The notes under the pieces are model-generated. The model made no database searches. It was not told the DNA's origin and saw only the letters and a list, made by a program, of their open reading frames with translations. A DNA stretch of 64,000 bases, from positions 576,001-640,000 of the forward strand of contig JBHYGA010000001.1 of the NCBI GenBank assembly GCA_051859245.1, given 5' to 3'. This document shows positions 28,153-37,732 of the stretch, in pieces. The DNA comes from Gemmatimonadaceae bacterium (GTDB lineage: Bacteria; Gemmatimonadota; Gemmatimonadetes; Gemmatimonadales; Gemmatimonadaceae). A program made the position numbers and the translations under genes. How positions within the stretch are numbered: position 1 is the first letter of the stretch; the number at the start of each line of letters is the position of its first letter.

Positions 28153-31100
28153 TTACCGCCACCGTTCGGACAGCAGGGGATCGTCTCGCATCAGATCGGC
28201 CAACGCGCCGCGCGAGTCGATCCCCAGCTTCTCGAAAATGTTTGACAAGTGTGTGCTGACAGTGCGTGCTGAGATATCGAGCGACGCACCTATCTCCTTG
28301 TTCGACAGTCGGTTCGCTACGGCGCGCGCAATTTCGAGCTCGCGTCCGGTCAGTGATCCTGCACCTTGCACGGTGGTGCGTGGCGGCAAGCGCACACCGA
28401 GCGAACGCAGCTGGCTGCGCGCACTGCGGAGTTCGAACTCCGCGCCAAGACCCGCGAAGACATCGTGTGCGCGACGCAGTTCGCGCACCGCCGAAGTTGC
28501 GTCACCGTCTTCTTCGAGCAGTTGCGCCGCTTTGCGCCGCAGACGTGCGGCGTGAAAGACAAACGGCACGGCATCAAGTTCATCCGCAGCCGCCAGGATG
28601 CGTTCGGCAGCGTCGGCGCTGTTATCGCGAAGCCGCGCCACGAGTGCGTCGGCGGCGGTGGCCCACGCCAGCCCCAGTCGATGTCCCAGCCCCTCAGACT
28701 GCACACGCAAACGCTGCGCGAGTTGTTCCACGCGATCGAAGTTTTGCATCCATAGTCCCGCTTCCAGAATGAGCGGGATCAATCGGTGAATCGCCCACGC
28801 CACATAGCCAAACCGATCGGCCAGCGCGAGGCCGCGGTCACCGTATCTGACCGCGTGCGTCCACGCGCCACGAGCGAGCCAGTAGCTGCTCATACCCGTG
28901 TGTGCGAGAATGACGTTGTGCACGTTGTCGAGCTCGATGCCGCTGTCATCTTCCCCCACAAACGCGCGCTCGGCACCAGTAATGCGCCACGCTTCTTCGA
29001 ACAGGGCGCGTGCGCGTTCGGTCTCATCGCGCGCCAGCACCATCACCCCCGTCCACACCAACAACCGCGGGAGCAGTGATTGTGGAGCGACGGCGCGTGC
29101 AAGTGGAATCATGCGCTCGGCGAGCGCGATGCCGTCGTCCCATCGTCCAACAGCAGACGCGTGTTCGATGGTGATCTCGGCCGTCATCGCCTGCAACAAA
29201 GGTGATGACAGTTCGTCGGCCAGTCGAGCGGCTTCGCGCTGATGGCGTGCGGCGCCGGCGGCGTCACCGGTGAAGCCTTCGAGCATCGCCATCGCCCAGT
29301 GCGCGGCCCACTCCACTTCACGATCGCCGCTGGAAATTGACAGCTGCAGCGCGCGAGCGCCGTGGGAGCGGGCCTCGGATGCGGGACCCGTCCATGCGTA
29401 CAACTGCAGGAGCGTCTGGTGGACACGCGCACGCAACGCGTCTTCTCCGCTGCGCTCGGCCATCGGCAACGCCTCCAGCGCGGTGCCGATGGCCTGCTCG
29501 TGTCGACCGAGCGATTGCAGTGTTTTAGCGCGGGCAACCGAAATACGAACGCTCAGTGCGGTTCGTTCTTCGGCGCTCGCCGCGGCTTCGGCTTGTTCGA
29601 GTCGATCGAGGCCCGCGTGTGCATCGCCGGCGCGCGCGTACTCCTGTCCAAGCTGAAAGAGCAGCCGCGCGTGCGACGACTGGCCCGTCGCCGCTTCCTG
29701 CATGCCGAGTGCGCGTTCCCACGCCTGGATTGCACCGGCACTGTCACCGAGTCGCTGTCGTGCCGTGCCGAGTTGATCCAGCAATGTCGCCGTCGCCAAT
29801 GCATCGTGCAGTCGTTCGGCGATCGCGAGTGCGTCGCTGAGCCATCGCACGGCTTCCTGGTCGGCGCGTCGTTGCAGCGCGTCCTGTCCGGCGGCGGTGA
29901 GATAGCGCAGCGCGCGCACATCACCGCCGAGCTCGTGGCCACGCACGAGATGCCGCGCGATTTCACTGGCGTGCGCCACGGTGCGTTCACCGTGCACCTC
30001 TTCAAGCGCCGTGGCCAGTGCGGCGTGCAGTGCGCGCTCGCGTGCCGCAGACAGTTCGCCTGCGGTGAGTGACTGAAGAATGGGATGATTAAACTCGTAC
30101 AGCGCACTTCCGTTGACCCGCTGTTCAGAAAAGAAGCGGCGCTGGCACAGTTCATCAATCGCGTCGGCGAAGGTCACGCCGTCAAACGTACTCACGCGTT
30201 CAAGCAGCGAAAGCGATGCGGGCCCTTCCACCAATGACGCGTACTCGGCGATGCGACGTGCGTTCGGACTCAGCGCCTCCAGACGCGTGAGTACGGCGTC
30301 GCGAATGGTGGAGGGAAGTTGTGCGAGCGACGTGATCTCCACGTTCCACGCGCCGTTGTGCTGCTGAATGCGACCGGTGGCCACCAGTGCTTTCAGGGTT
30401 TCTTCCACGAAGAAGGGATTGCCGCGTGTATGATCGAACAGCGCCCGGGCGTGCATTGAGGCGTGATCGGCCGGGAGTGCGAACGTGCGCTGCAGCAACT
30501 CCGTGAGGTCATGGTGGGTGAGCGGCTCAATGGTGCGCAGCGTGGCTTCCGGTGTGGCACTCAACGAGCGCACCACGTTGCGCAACGCGGCGTTTTCTTC
30601 GGCGCCGCCCTCGGGATACGCAAGCACGATCAGTACGCGCGCGGTGGAGAGCTGCCTCGCGATGAAGTGCACCAACTCCAGCGACGAGGGATCGGCCCAG
30701 TGCGCATTGTCGAGCACGAGCAGCAATGGCTGGCGTGCGGCCGAGCGCGTGAGGAACTGCGACACGATCCAGAGCAGACGTGCCTTACCGTCGGTGTCCA
30801 TCACCGATGGCGGGCGCGACGTGGAGTGTGTGCCCGGGAAGACGGGCATAATGGCGCGGAGCTCGTCTTCCGTGCCGCGCGCGAGCACGGTGACGGCGCT
30901 GGGGTCGAGGGCGCGCAGCGGTGCCGACAACGCGTCTGCAAACGCGCCGTACGGCACGCCCGATTCCACGCTGTACCCTCGGCCGCCGGCGACCTGCATC
31001 TGGCGCGCCTCCGCTTCGTCGACCAACGCGGAGAGCAATCGGGATTTGCCGATACCGGCGTCGCCGGTGAGCAGCAGCGTGTGCCCGCGGCCGTCGAGCG

Positions 31101-31212
31101 CGTCATCAAGGAGCAGCCGCAGCACCCCCATGTCGGCGCGACGACCAACCATGGGCAGTTGTTCGCCCCACGGAAGCGTGAGGGCGTCAGGTCGCGGGGA
31201 CCGCAGAGCCAT
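28153..31212 (-). CDS. STAND/AAA ATPase-TPR-LuxR HTH transcriptional regulator (LAL/MalT-like)
   Basis: VGR, GDAGIGKSRL, LVLDNAHWAD, TRGNPFF, FNHP; TPR-like helices; LTGRELEIA..LSNKEIG..ISARTVSTHLSNIFEKLG. Confidence 0.93.
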   Translation of the reverse strand: MALRSPRPDALTLPWGEQLPMVGRRADMGVLRLLLDDALDGRGHTLLLTGDAGIGKSRLLSALVDEAEARQMQVAGGRGYSVESGVPYGAFADALSAPLRALDPSAVTVLARGTEDELRAIMPVFPGTHSTSRPPSVMDTDGKARLLWIVSQFLTRSAARQPLLLVLDNAHWADPSSLELVHFIARQLSTARVLIVLAYPEGGAEENAALRNVVRSLSATPEATLRTIEPLTHHDLTELLQRTFALPADHASMHARALFDHTRGNPFFVEETLKALVATGRIQQHNGAWNVEITSLAQLPSTIRDAVLTRLEALSPNARRIAEYASLVEGPASLSLLERVSTFDGVTFADAIDELCQRRFFSEQRVNGSALYEFNHPILQSLTAGELSAARERALHAALATALEEVHGERTVAHASEIARHLVRGHELGGDVRALRYLTAAGQDALQRRADQEAVRWLSDALAIAERLHDALATATLLDQLGTARQRLGDSAGAIQAWERALGMQEAATGQSSHARLLFQLGQEYARAGDAHAGLDRLEQAEAAASAEERTALSVRISVARAKTLQSLGRHEQAIGTALEALPMAERSGEDALRARVHQTLLQLYAWTGPASEARSHGARALQLSISSGDREVEWAAHWAMAMLEGFTGDAAGAARHQREAARLADELSSPLLQAMTAEITIEHASAVGRWDDGIALAERMIPLARAVAPQSLLPRLLVWTGVMVLARDETERARALFEEAWRITGAERAFVGEDDSGIELDNVHNVILAHTGMSSYWLARGAWTHAVRYGDRGLALADRFGYVAWAIHRLIPLILEAGLWMQNFDRVEQLAQRLRVQSEGLGHRLGLAWATAADALVARLRDNSADAAERILAAADELDAVPFVFHAARLRRKAAQLLEEDGDATSAVRELRRAHDVFAGLGAEFELRSARSQLRSLGVRLPPRTTVQGAGSLTGRELEIARAVANRLSNKEIGASLDISARTVSTHLSNIFEKLGIDSRGALADLMRDDPLLSERWR

Positions 31213-31305
31213 AAGAGCACCGTGCCTCGTGTCAGGGTGCCCAATTATCCGCCCATCAGAGATGAATCGCTACCCCGTCGAACTCAGCGATTGGCTCGGG
31301 TACGC

Positions 31306-31350
31306 AAAACGGCCCGGCATGCGCGCGTGAACGGGCAGGCCGGGCCGTTT
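31306..31350 (-). terminator. Terminator after the porin/binding-protein operon
   Basis: 12-bp stem aaacggcccggc / gccgggccgttt with a T-run on the minus strand. Confidence 0.7.
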
Positions 31351-31367
31351 GTCCATCGAGAGACGAC

Positions 31368-31805
31368 TCAGGGGACCTTGAGAATCTCACGGACCGAGTC
31401 ATCAAGATCGCTGGTGGCGATGTATCCGATCGCTCCGGGCGACTTCTTTATCAGCTCTTTCACGGCGGCAGCATCGGCGCCCTTTTTCGGTGCGGCGCCT
31501 TGGCCGGACAACGCCAGCTTCGTCCACTGCGAGCGCACGAGTGCGGTGGGCTTCTTCACCACTTTGGCAAAGAACTTTTGCGTGAGTACGGCGTCGCCGT
31601 GCTCAATGATCTGCGCCTTGGTTCCATCGGGCCACGTGGTGCTGGCGCCGGCGAAGATTTCGGCGATTTCCTGTTCGCTCAGCGATTTGGTTTGTGAAGC
31701 GGACACCACCACACTGATCTGCGCCGAAGCGCTGCGTGCGAAAAGCGGCGTGGCAACAGCCACCAGCGCGATCATCGCACAACGGGTAAAAGCACGAAGC
31801 GTCAT
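31368..31805 (-). CDS. Small secreted PBP2/PstS-like single-domain binding protein
   Basis: Signal peptide ASA/Q; VVVS..LSEQEIAEIF.G..TW and PGAIGYI motifs. Confidence 0.78.
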   Translation of the reverse strand: MTLRAFTRCAMIALVAVATPLFARSASAQISVVVSASQTKSLSEQEIAEIFAGASTTWPDGTKAQIIEHGDAVLTQKFFAKVVKKPTALVRSQWTKLALSGQGAAPKKGADAAAVKELIKKSPGAIGYIATSDLDDSVREILKVP

Positions 31806-31820
31806 GTGTTGTGCTCCCGT

Positions 31821-33041
31821 TTAGAGGCCAAAGGCGTACGAGAGATCAAAGCGGAGCTCGGGATAGCTGACCGTGCGTCCGAGGAATTTGTACCGATGAA
31901 TACTGGCGTCCACTTTGAACGCGACCTGCGGAACAGGACGGTAGAGAATTCCCGCAGTCCCCTTGTTGAAGACCCCGTCGTCTGCCACGCCGGCTTCTGC
32001 ATCACCACCAAAGCGCTTGTTGTCGATCGTTTCCGGATTGCTGTACCAATCCCACTGCAAGTACGGTCCCACTTCGCCTCGGGTGGTTTCCTTTGAATAC
32101 CCGGCGCGCAGATACCAGGTGCGAATGGTGTGGTCGCCGGACAAACGCACGTTGTCGGTGGTCACGGCGCCCGACGGATTGATCAAGAATCGTGCGCGCT
32201 GCGCCGCATTGATACCCGCGCCATTGACAACCTGCACCACGGCGGCTGCATCACGCTGCGATTTGTGATCAGCCTGCGCCCATTCGCCCTGCAACGTAAA
32301 CGCACCAACCTTTGCTTCTGAATAGGCGTTCACCACGGTGAATGAGTCACGCGCCATCCACGGCAGTACGCCGCTTTTTGGTGAACCCGATCCAACGGCG
32401 CGATCTGCGTTCGTGGCGCCGCCCGATGTGTAGCCCGACAGGCCCACGGTATAGCTGCCACGGCCGAAGTTGTAATTCACGTCGGCGCCGATCGGAAACG
32501 TGCCTTCGATGTCACTGCCTTCGCCGTTGTCGGTGGAAACGCTGTAGCTCAACCGTCCGCTGCCGGCACGTGAAAAGCCGTAGACCATCGCGGTTGTTGT
32601 GCGCGAGATGAGCAGATGGTCACCGTCAAACGCTTCCGGTGCTTCAATACCATAGTAGGTGGGCACCGCGTCGAGCACTTCATTGTAGAGACCAAACTTT
32701 CGGTAGATCTTGCCGACGCGCACGTTGAACGCATTCGACTGCGACCATTCACCCCAGAGGTTACGTACGTCAACGTTGCCAGCGCCCGCACCGTTCAAGT
32801 TGACGAACGCCTTGAAGTGCGGATCGAACTGATGCTGCATCATCACATTGAAGAACGGCTGCGCGAACTCTTTCGGCGTTGACTCGCGCTCAACAGTGTT
32901 GCCATTGGCAAACGGTACGGAGAATGACTTCTCCAGTCGCGTTGAGAAATAGCCATACACCTGCAACGCATCCTGTGCGTGCGAGGCCGTGGGCAGCAGA
33001 AGGAACGCGACAACGGCGAGCGTGGCTCGACGAAATGTCAT
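31821..33041 (-). CDS. Outer-membrane porin-like beta-barrel protein
   Basis: Signal peptide ASHA/Q; amphipathic beta strands; VRVGK..FGLYNE motif; C-terminal LSYAF. Confidence 0.78.
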   Translation of the reverse strand: MTFRRATLAVVAFLLLPTASHAQDALQVYGYFSTRLEKSFSVPFANGNTVERESTPKEFAQPFFNVMMQHQFDPHFKAFVNLNGAGAGNVDVRNLWGEWSQSNAFNVRVGKIYRKFGLYNEVLDAVPTYYGIEAPEAFDGDHLLISRTTTAMVYGFSRAGSGRLSYSVSTDNGEGSDIEGTFPIGADVNYNFGRGSYTVGLSGYTSGGATNADRAVGSGSPKSGVLPWMARDSFTVVNAYSEAKVGAFTLQGEWAQADHKSQRDAAAVVQVVNGAGINAAQRARFLINPSGAVTTDNVRLSGDHTIRTWYLRAGYSKETTRGEVGPYLQWDWYSNPETIDNKRFGGDAEAGVADDGVFNKGTAGILYRPVPQVAFKVDASIHRYKFLGRTVSYPELRFDLSYAFGL

Positions 33042-33106
33042 AACTGGTCTCCGAGAAGAATGCCTGGTGATTCCCGACGGTACATGCGTACCTGATCGAC
33101 TCAGGG

Positions 33107-33132
33107 TATCGGCCGCTGGGATCGGAGCTTGA
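33107..33132 (-). promoter_or_regulatory. Putative sigma-28 (FliA) promoter for the porin operon
   Basis: Minus strand reads TCAAG-N14-GCCGATA. Confidence 0.75.
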
Positions 33133-33170
33133 GCTTTTCCGTGTGGGTCAGGGTTTCACCGACTGCGCGC

Positions 33171-33196
33171 TCAAGTTGCGACCGCTCGGTCCGACA
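33171..33196 (+). promoter_or_regulatory. Putative sigma-28 (FliA) promoter for the MCP
   Basis: TCAAG-N14-TCCGACA upstream of a chemoreceptor gene. Confidence 0.6.
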
Positions 33197-33274
33197 CTGA
33201 ATGGGGTGGCGTGGACGCTGTCGGAACTTCCGGTGGCGCATCCGCGTGTAGCAGCAACTCCGACATCGGATGCG

Positions 33275-35173
33275 ATGAACTACTTCTCAAACTTCCGCAC
33301 GGCGACCAAGCTGTTCGTGACCTCTGCGCTCACCACGATGCTCTTGATCGCGGTTGGTGTGGTAGGAATCCGGAACTCTGAACAGCAAGCGAAGGCGCTC
33401 GCGCAGTTGCAGCAACAGGAACTGCGCGGCATCTCGAGTGTGAAGCAGGCCAGTCTACTGTTGTCGTACATGACCGCAGAAGTTGGACGCGCGCTGCTCG
33501 CAACTGACACGGCCGAGGCCTCGTATCACGCGCAGAACATTGACGCGTACGGTGCTGAGTTTCTGGTGCAGATCACGCGTGCTGATTCAACGATCGTCGA
33601 CTCGGCGTCACAGGTGCGCATGAACGATGTGCGCACGGGGTACGCGGAGTTTCTGGCCACGGCCGCGCGCGCCGTGCAAGAACGCATGTCGTCGGACCTC
33701 GATGCCGCGCGAGGATCCGCGGTGGAAGCGTCCGCGGTTGGACAGGCACTCGTTGACATGATGGCCGAAGTTGCGACCAGCAAAGAGGTGCTGGGTGAGG
33801 AAGCCTTTGCGTCGGGCACTGCGGCCGCCGCGTCCGCACGACAGTTGCTCATGCTGCTGTTGGTAGGCGGCGCCATCGTGACGTTGCTGCTCGGCGCGCT
33901 CGTGTCGCGTTTGATTACGGTACCACTGGCACGAACCATGACCGTGCTCGAAGCGGTCGCCGAAGGCGATCTGTCGCGCGAGGTGCAAGTCGTGGGCAGC
34001 GACGAAGTCGCACGTATGGGACGCGCGCTGAATGTCGCCATTGGTGCACAGCGTGAATCGCTGGAGCGCGCGCGCGCCGCTGGGGAAGATGCACGTGTGG
34101 CGGCCGAACGTGAAGTTGCGCAAGCGGACGCGCTGCGCGCGCAGGTGGACAGTATTCTCGCGGTTGTTTCGGCCGCTGCAAAAGGCGACCTGACCCATTC
34201 GGTCACCGTTCGCGGAAGTGACGCGATCGGACGGATGGGCATTGCGCTCGATCAGTTCCTGACCGATCTGCGTGGAAGTATCGCGTCCATCGCTGCGCAT
34301 TCCAGCGGATTGTCGCAGTCATCGGACTCGCTCGCGGCTGTGAGTGAAGAAATGAGCGCCACGGCAGAAGAAGCAGCGGCGCAGGCTCGCGTGGTGTCCG
34401 AAACATCAGACGCGGTGCTGTCGCGTGTTCGTGAGATCGATCAGGGTGCCACCGCCGTTTCGGCGCGCGTTCGCGATATCGCGGCGAGTGCGGGGGATGC
34501 CAACGGTGTCGCGGAGCGCGCTGTGCAGGCCGCCCGCGAAGCGTCGGATACGATTGGCAGCCTGAACGCGTCGAGCAAGCGAATTGGCAAGGTGATCGAT
34601 GTCATTCAATCGATTGCGCAACAAACGAACATGTTGGCGCTGAATGCCGCGATTGAAGCGGCGCGAGCCGGCGCGGCAGGAGACGGATTCGCCGTGGTGG
34701 CAAACGAGGTGAAGACGCTGGCCACACGCACCTCAGAAGCCACGCGTGAAGTCGCCGACGTCATCAATGATATTCAGCGTGACTCCGGCGCGGCCGTGAC
34801 GGCCATCAGCGAAATCGGTACCGTGGTTGAGCGCATTCGCACACTGCAGCAGGCGATCACCACGGCGGTCGATGAGCACACCTCGACCGTGAGTGGCATG
34901 ACGTCCAGCATTGGCGGCGCGCGCGAGGCCACCGAGAATATCGTGCAGGGCATTGATGGCGTCGCCACCGCTGCTCGCGGCACGAGTGAGGGCGCGGAGC
35001 AGACGCAGGAGGCCGCTCAGCAGCTCGCGGCCTACGCGTCAGAGCTGGGAGAGCTGGTCGGCCGATTCCGTATTGATATTGCAGACGCTCGCGCCTCTGA
35101 TGTCAGCTTTGAGAGCGCCAGTTACGATGCGAGCGACGACGCGCTGTCACCAGACGAGGCGCTGGTGTACTGA
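33275..35173 (+). CDS. Methyl-accepting chemotaxis protein (four-helix sensor, two HAMP domains)
   Basis: Two TM helices; HAMP motifs AEGDLS and [43 protein letters not shown]. Confidence 0.96.
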   Translation: MNYFSNFRTATKLFVTSALTTMLLIAVGVVGIRNSEQQAKALAQLQQQELRGISSVKQASLLLSYMTAEVGRALLATDTAEASYHAQNIDAYGAEFLVQITRADSTIVDSASQVRMNDVRTGYAEFLATAARAVQERMSSDLDAARGSAVEASAVGQALVDMMAEVATSKEVLGEEAFASGTAAAASARQLLMLLLVGGAIVTLLLGALVSRLITVPLARTMTVLEAVAEGDLSREVQVVGSDEVARMGRALNVAIGAQRESLERARAAGEDARVAAEREVAQADALRAQVDSILAVVSAAAKGDLTHSVTVRGSDAIGRMGIALDQFLTDLRGSIASIAAHSSGLSQSSDSLAAVSEEMSATAEEAAAQARVVSETSDAVLSRVREIDQGATAVSARVRDIAASAGDANGVAERAVQAAREASDTIGSLNASSKRIGKVIDVIQSIAQQTNMLALNAAIEAARAGAAGDGFAVVANEVKTLATRTSEATREVADVINDIQRDSGAAVTAISEIGTVVERIRTLQQAITTAVDEHTSTVSGMTSSIGGAREATENIVQGIDGVATAARGTSEGAEQTQEAAQQLAAYASELGELVGRFRIDIADARASDVSFESASYDASDDALSPDEALVY

Positions 35174-35180
35174 CCACGGA

Positions 35181-35210
35181 CCGCGACGCGCGATTAACTG
35201 CGCGTCGCGG
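35181..35210. terminator. Inverted repeat between convergent MCP and DUF423 genes
   Basis: ccgcgacgcgc-gattaact-gcgcgtcgcgg; overlaps the DUF423 stop codon. Confidence 0.5.
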
Positions 35211-35562
35211 CCAGGGCGAGACAAATCCAGCCGGCAATAAAACACACGCCACCAATTGGCGTGATCGCGCCGAGGGCACGAATGCCGGTAAACGTCATGG
35301 CGTACAGCGAGCCGGAGAAGAGCAGGGTGCCGGCGAGAAACAGCCACCCGCTGCTGTTGACCAGCGACCCTGGCCAGCGCGTGGCGGCCCACGCTACGGC
35401 CAGCAGCGCGAGGGCGTGATACATCTGGTAGCGTGCGGCCGTTTCGAACACTTCGAGCTGGCGAGGTTCCAGACGAGCGCGCAGCGCGTGCGCACCAAAC
35501 GCGCCGGCACCAACACTGATCGCGGCGGAAAGCGCGCCGAGCAGAGCAAATGTTTTTTCCAT
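35194..35562 (-). CDS. DUF423 (YgdD/TMEM256) membrane protein
   Basis: GAFGAH, TAARYQMYH, FSGSLY, LGAITPIGG. Confidence 0.93.
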   Translation of the reverse strand: MEKTFALLGALSAAISVGAGAFGAHALRARLEPRQLEVFETAARYQMYHALALLAVAWAATRWPGSLVNSSGWLFLAGTLLFSGSLYAMTFTGIRALGAITPIGGVCFIAGWICLALAATRS

Positions 35563-35575
35563 GCGCGAAGAATAG

Positions 35576-36625
35576 CTAGTTGCCTTCGGCTCGGCACGAC
35601 TTTGTGATTTTGCCCAACTCCTTCGGCTTGTCGAGGATCTGCCAGAACTGGCCGAGATAGCGGCTCACCTGCTCACGCTTGTTCTCGGTGAGCCCGGGGA
35701 TGCTGGCCCACAGCGAGTCGATGGCAGGACGGGCCGCCTGAAACTTCAGCACCGTGGGCAGCCATTCCGCTTCGGTGTAACACGGCCCCATGTAGTAGCG
35801 CTCCGCCACTGACTTGATCGGAAGGCGATAGTCCGGCCGCGAGTATCTGGTTTTGAGCAAGCCAACCCAATCCCAGTCGTACGCCACCGTGCGAATCACA
35901 CCGGTGGTATCCTGCAGCAGATACACGTTGTGCAGCGCGCCGAGTGACCAGTCAGAGTTGCCAACCATCAGCGCGAACAACGCCATGGATTGCAGTGTGA
36001 CCGGCTCCACATCGCGAAAGCGTGCGCCCTTCATCTCTTCCTGCAGCTTCATGTCGTGCTCTTTGGCCACTTCTTCGTCCAACTCGCCAAAGAACGCGTA
36101 CACCGTGATCGGCTTCATGCGTGCCGCCGAGTCTTCGTACGTAATGCGCGCGAGACGCGTGCGCGGGTGGATCGGATTCAGCAACTGATACATCCGGTAC
36201 ACGCCGTACTCCTGCAGGATGTACTGATCGTACTCCGTATCACCGGGCCGGCATGATGTGGTGATCTTCGTGCGCGGATTGCCCTGCAGCTCCGTGCCTC
36301 GCGCGTCGGCACCCTTCACGCGAATGAACAGGGGCGGAAACGAGCAGTTGCCTTTCTGTCGACGGAAATGCCCACGCGCTCGCAGCTCCGTTGGCACCGT
36401 GACCGTGCTGTCGCCTTTTTTGTACGAGAACGAAGCGCCAAACCACTCCAGCTGTGTGGAGTCGCGTTCACGCGTGAGATCACGCAGGTTGGTGGTGATC
36501 GTTACCTGCAGCACGGAGTCGCTGCGGAAGAGCGGTTGTGCGTGGCTCGCGGTTGCCACGCCGCCAGACGCCAGCAAAATGCACGCCGCGACCTGTATCG
36601 CGCGCAGCAGTGGGAAAGTTCGCAT
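35576..36625 (-). CDS. Secreted protein with CotH-like/atypical kinase motifs
   Basis: Signal peptide ASHA/Q; PLF start, RARGHFRR, QEYGVYRMY, GNSDW..HNVYL..YDWD. Confidence 0.65.
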   Translation of the reverse strand: MRTFPLLRAIQVAACILLASGGVATASHAQPLFRSDSVLQVTITTNLRDLTRERDSTQLEWFGASFSYKKGDSTVTVPTELRARGHFRRQKGNCSFPPLFIRVKGADARGTELQGNPRTKITTSCRPGDTEYDQYILQEYGVYRMYQLLNPIHPRTRLARITYEDSAARMKPITVYAFFGELDEEVAKEHDMKLQEEMKGARFRDVEPVTLQSMALFALMVGNSDWSLGALHNVYLLQDTTGVIRTVAYDWDWVGLLKTRYSRPDYRLPIKSVAERYYMGPCYTEAEWLPTVLKFQAARPAIDSLWASIPGLTENKREQVSRYLGQFWQILDKPKELGKITKSCRAEGN

Positions 36626-37641
36626 TAGCGGAGCTCCAGTTTACGAACGGGAGAATCAGGCAGCGCGCGCAGATCATCGCTGACTACACCTATCGTGACC
36701 GTCTCAGAAAAAGTGACGCCGTATTCCGCCACTCGCCAGTTGTCCTGCTGTACCGACCCCATGTACTTCCACCGCGCGAAAAAGCCATTGAAGCGTGGTT
36801 CGCAGGAGCGCCGTGTTGCTTCCACGTCATCCGTGTGAATGCGCAGCAGATTCTCAAACGCCGGAGGCGCCTCACGCTCGCCGGTGTCCTGTTCCTCGGT
36901 GGCGTTGCGCTTGCGGCGTCGCCACGCGCGATCGGCAATCGCTTCCAACTGTTCCGATGACAATGACTTGAGCACTTCGTCATCCAGTTTCGCCACAAAC
37001 ATGCCCGTCCGATTGGCTACCGCGAGCGCCTTCTGCATGCGTCGTTCCGCCGTCTTGCCTTCAAGCGCCGAGGGACGACCAAAGTCTGTGTACCACAGAC
37101 CGAGTATGAGCGTGTTGAAGCCGATCGAAATCACCCACGACACGCTGGGCGCAACCGCCGCCGCCATGCCAATGCCGGTCACCACAAAAATGCCAGCGGC
37201 GTCTTTGCTGTCGTCCAGCGTGGTGCGGAACCGAACCGCTGCCACGATGCCGCCGAGCGAGAATGCCAACGCAATCGAATACTTGACCAGCACAACAATA
37301 CCGGCCACCACCACGGGCAGAATGAGATACGTCTGCACGATCGACTGCAGATACCCTTTTTTGCGTCGCGTCAGTGTGTAGATCCACGCCACCGGCAGGG
37401 CTGAGGCGAACGCCGTGAGCATGGCAATGGATGTGGCCAGCGCCGAGGGCCCGGGCCCATTGTCCGTGCCGGACGGGGTCGATGCGCGCAGCAGATCCGG
37501 CATGGTCTCGCCGCCCAGCACACCCCACGCCGACGGCACGTAGCGGTACACAACGGCGGCGAGAGCGCCAAACACGAGGTAGTAGATGACGACGCGAGCG
37601 ACAGCGTTTCGCCAGAGGGGGTGTTCTGTCAGCCAATCCAT
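36625..37641 (-). CDS. DUF4956-domain membrane protein with C-terminal soluble extension
   Basis: SIALAFSLGGIVAAVRFRTTLDDSKDA..F...GIGMA signature. Confidence 0.82.
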   Translation of the reverse strand: MDWLTEHPLWRNAVARVVIYYLVFGALAAVVYRYVPSAWGVLGGETMPDLLRASTPSGTDNGPGPSALATSIAMLTAFASALPVAWIYTLTRRKKGYLQSIVQTYLILPVVVAGIVVLVKYSIALAFSLGGIVAAVRFRTTLDDSKDAAGIFVVTGIGMAAAVAPSVSWVISIGFNTLILGLWYTDFGRPSALEGKTAERRMQKALAVANRTGMFVAKLDDEVLKSLSSEQLEAIADRAWRRRKRNATEEQDTGEREAPPAFENLLRIHTDDVEATRRSCEPRFNGFFARWKYMGSVQQDNWRVAEYGVTFSETVTIGVVSDDLRALPDSPVRKLELR

Positions 37642-37732
37642 AGCGCGAAATTGGAGGTCCACGCGCCGGACCACAACAGCGGGATTGGGGTTCGAGAGAT
37701 AGTTTGATGCAGAACCCTCACCACCAAGCCCC

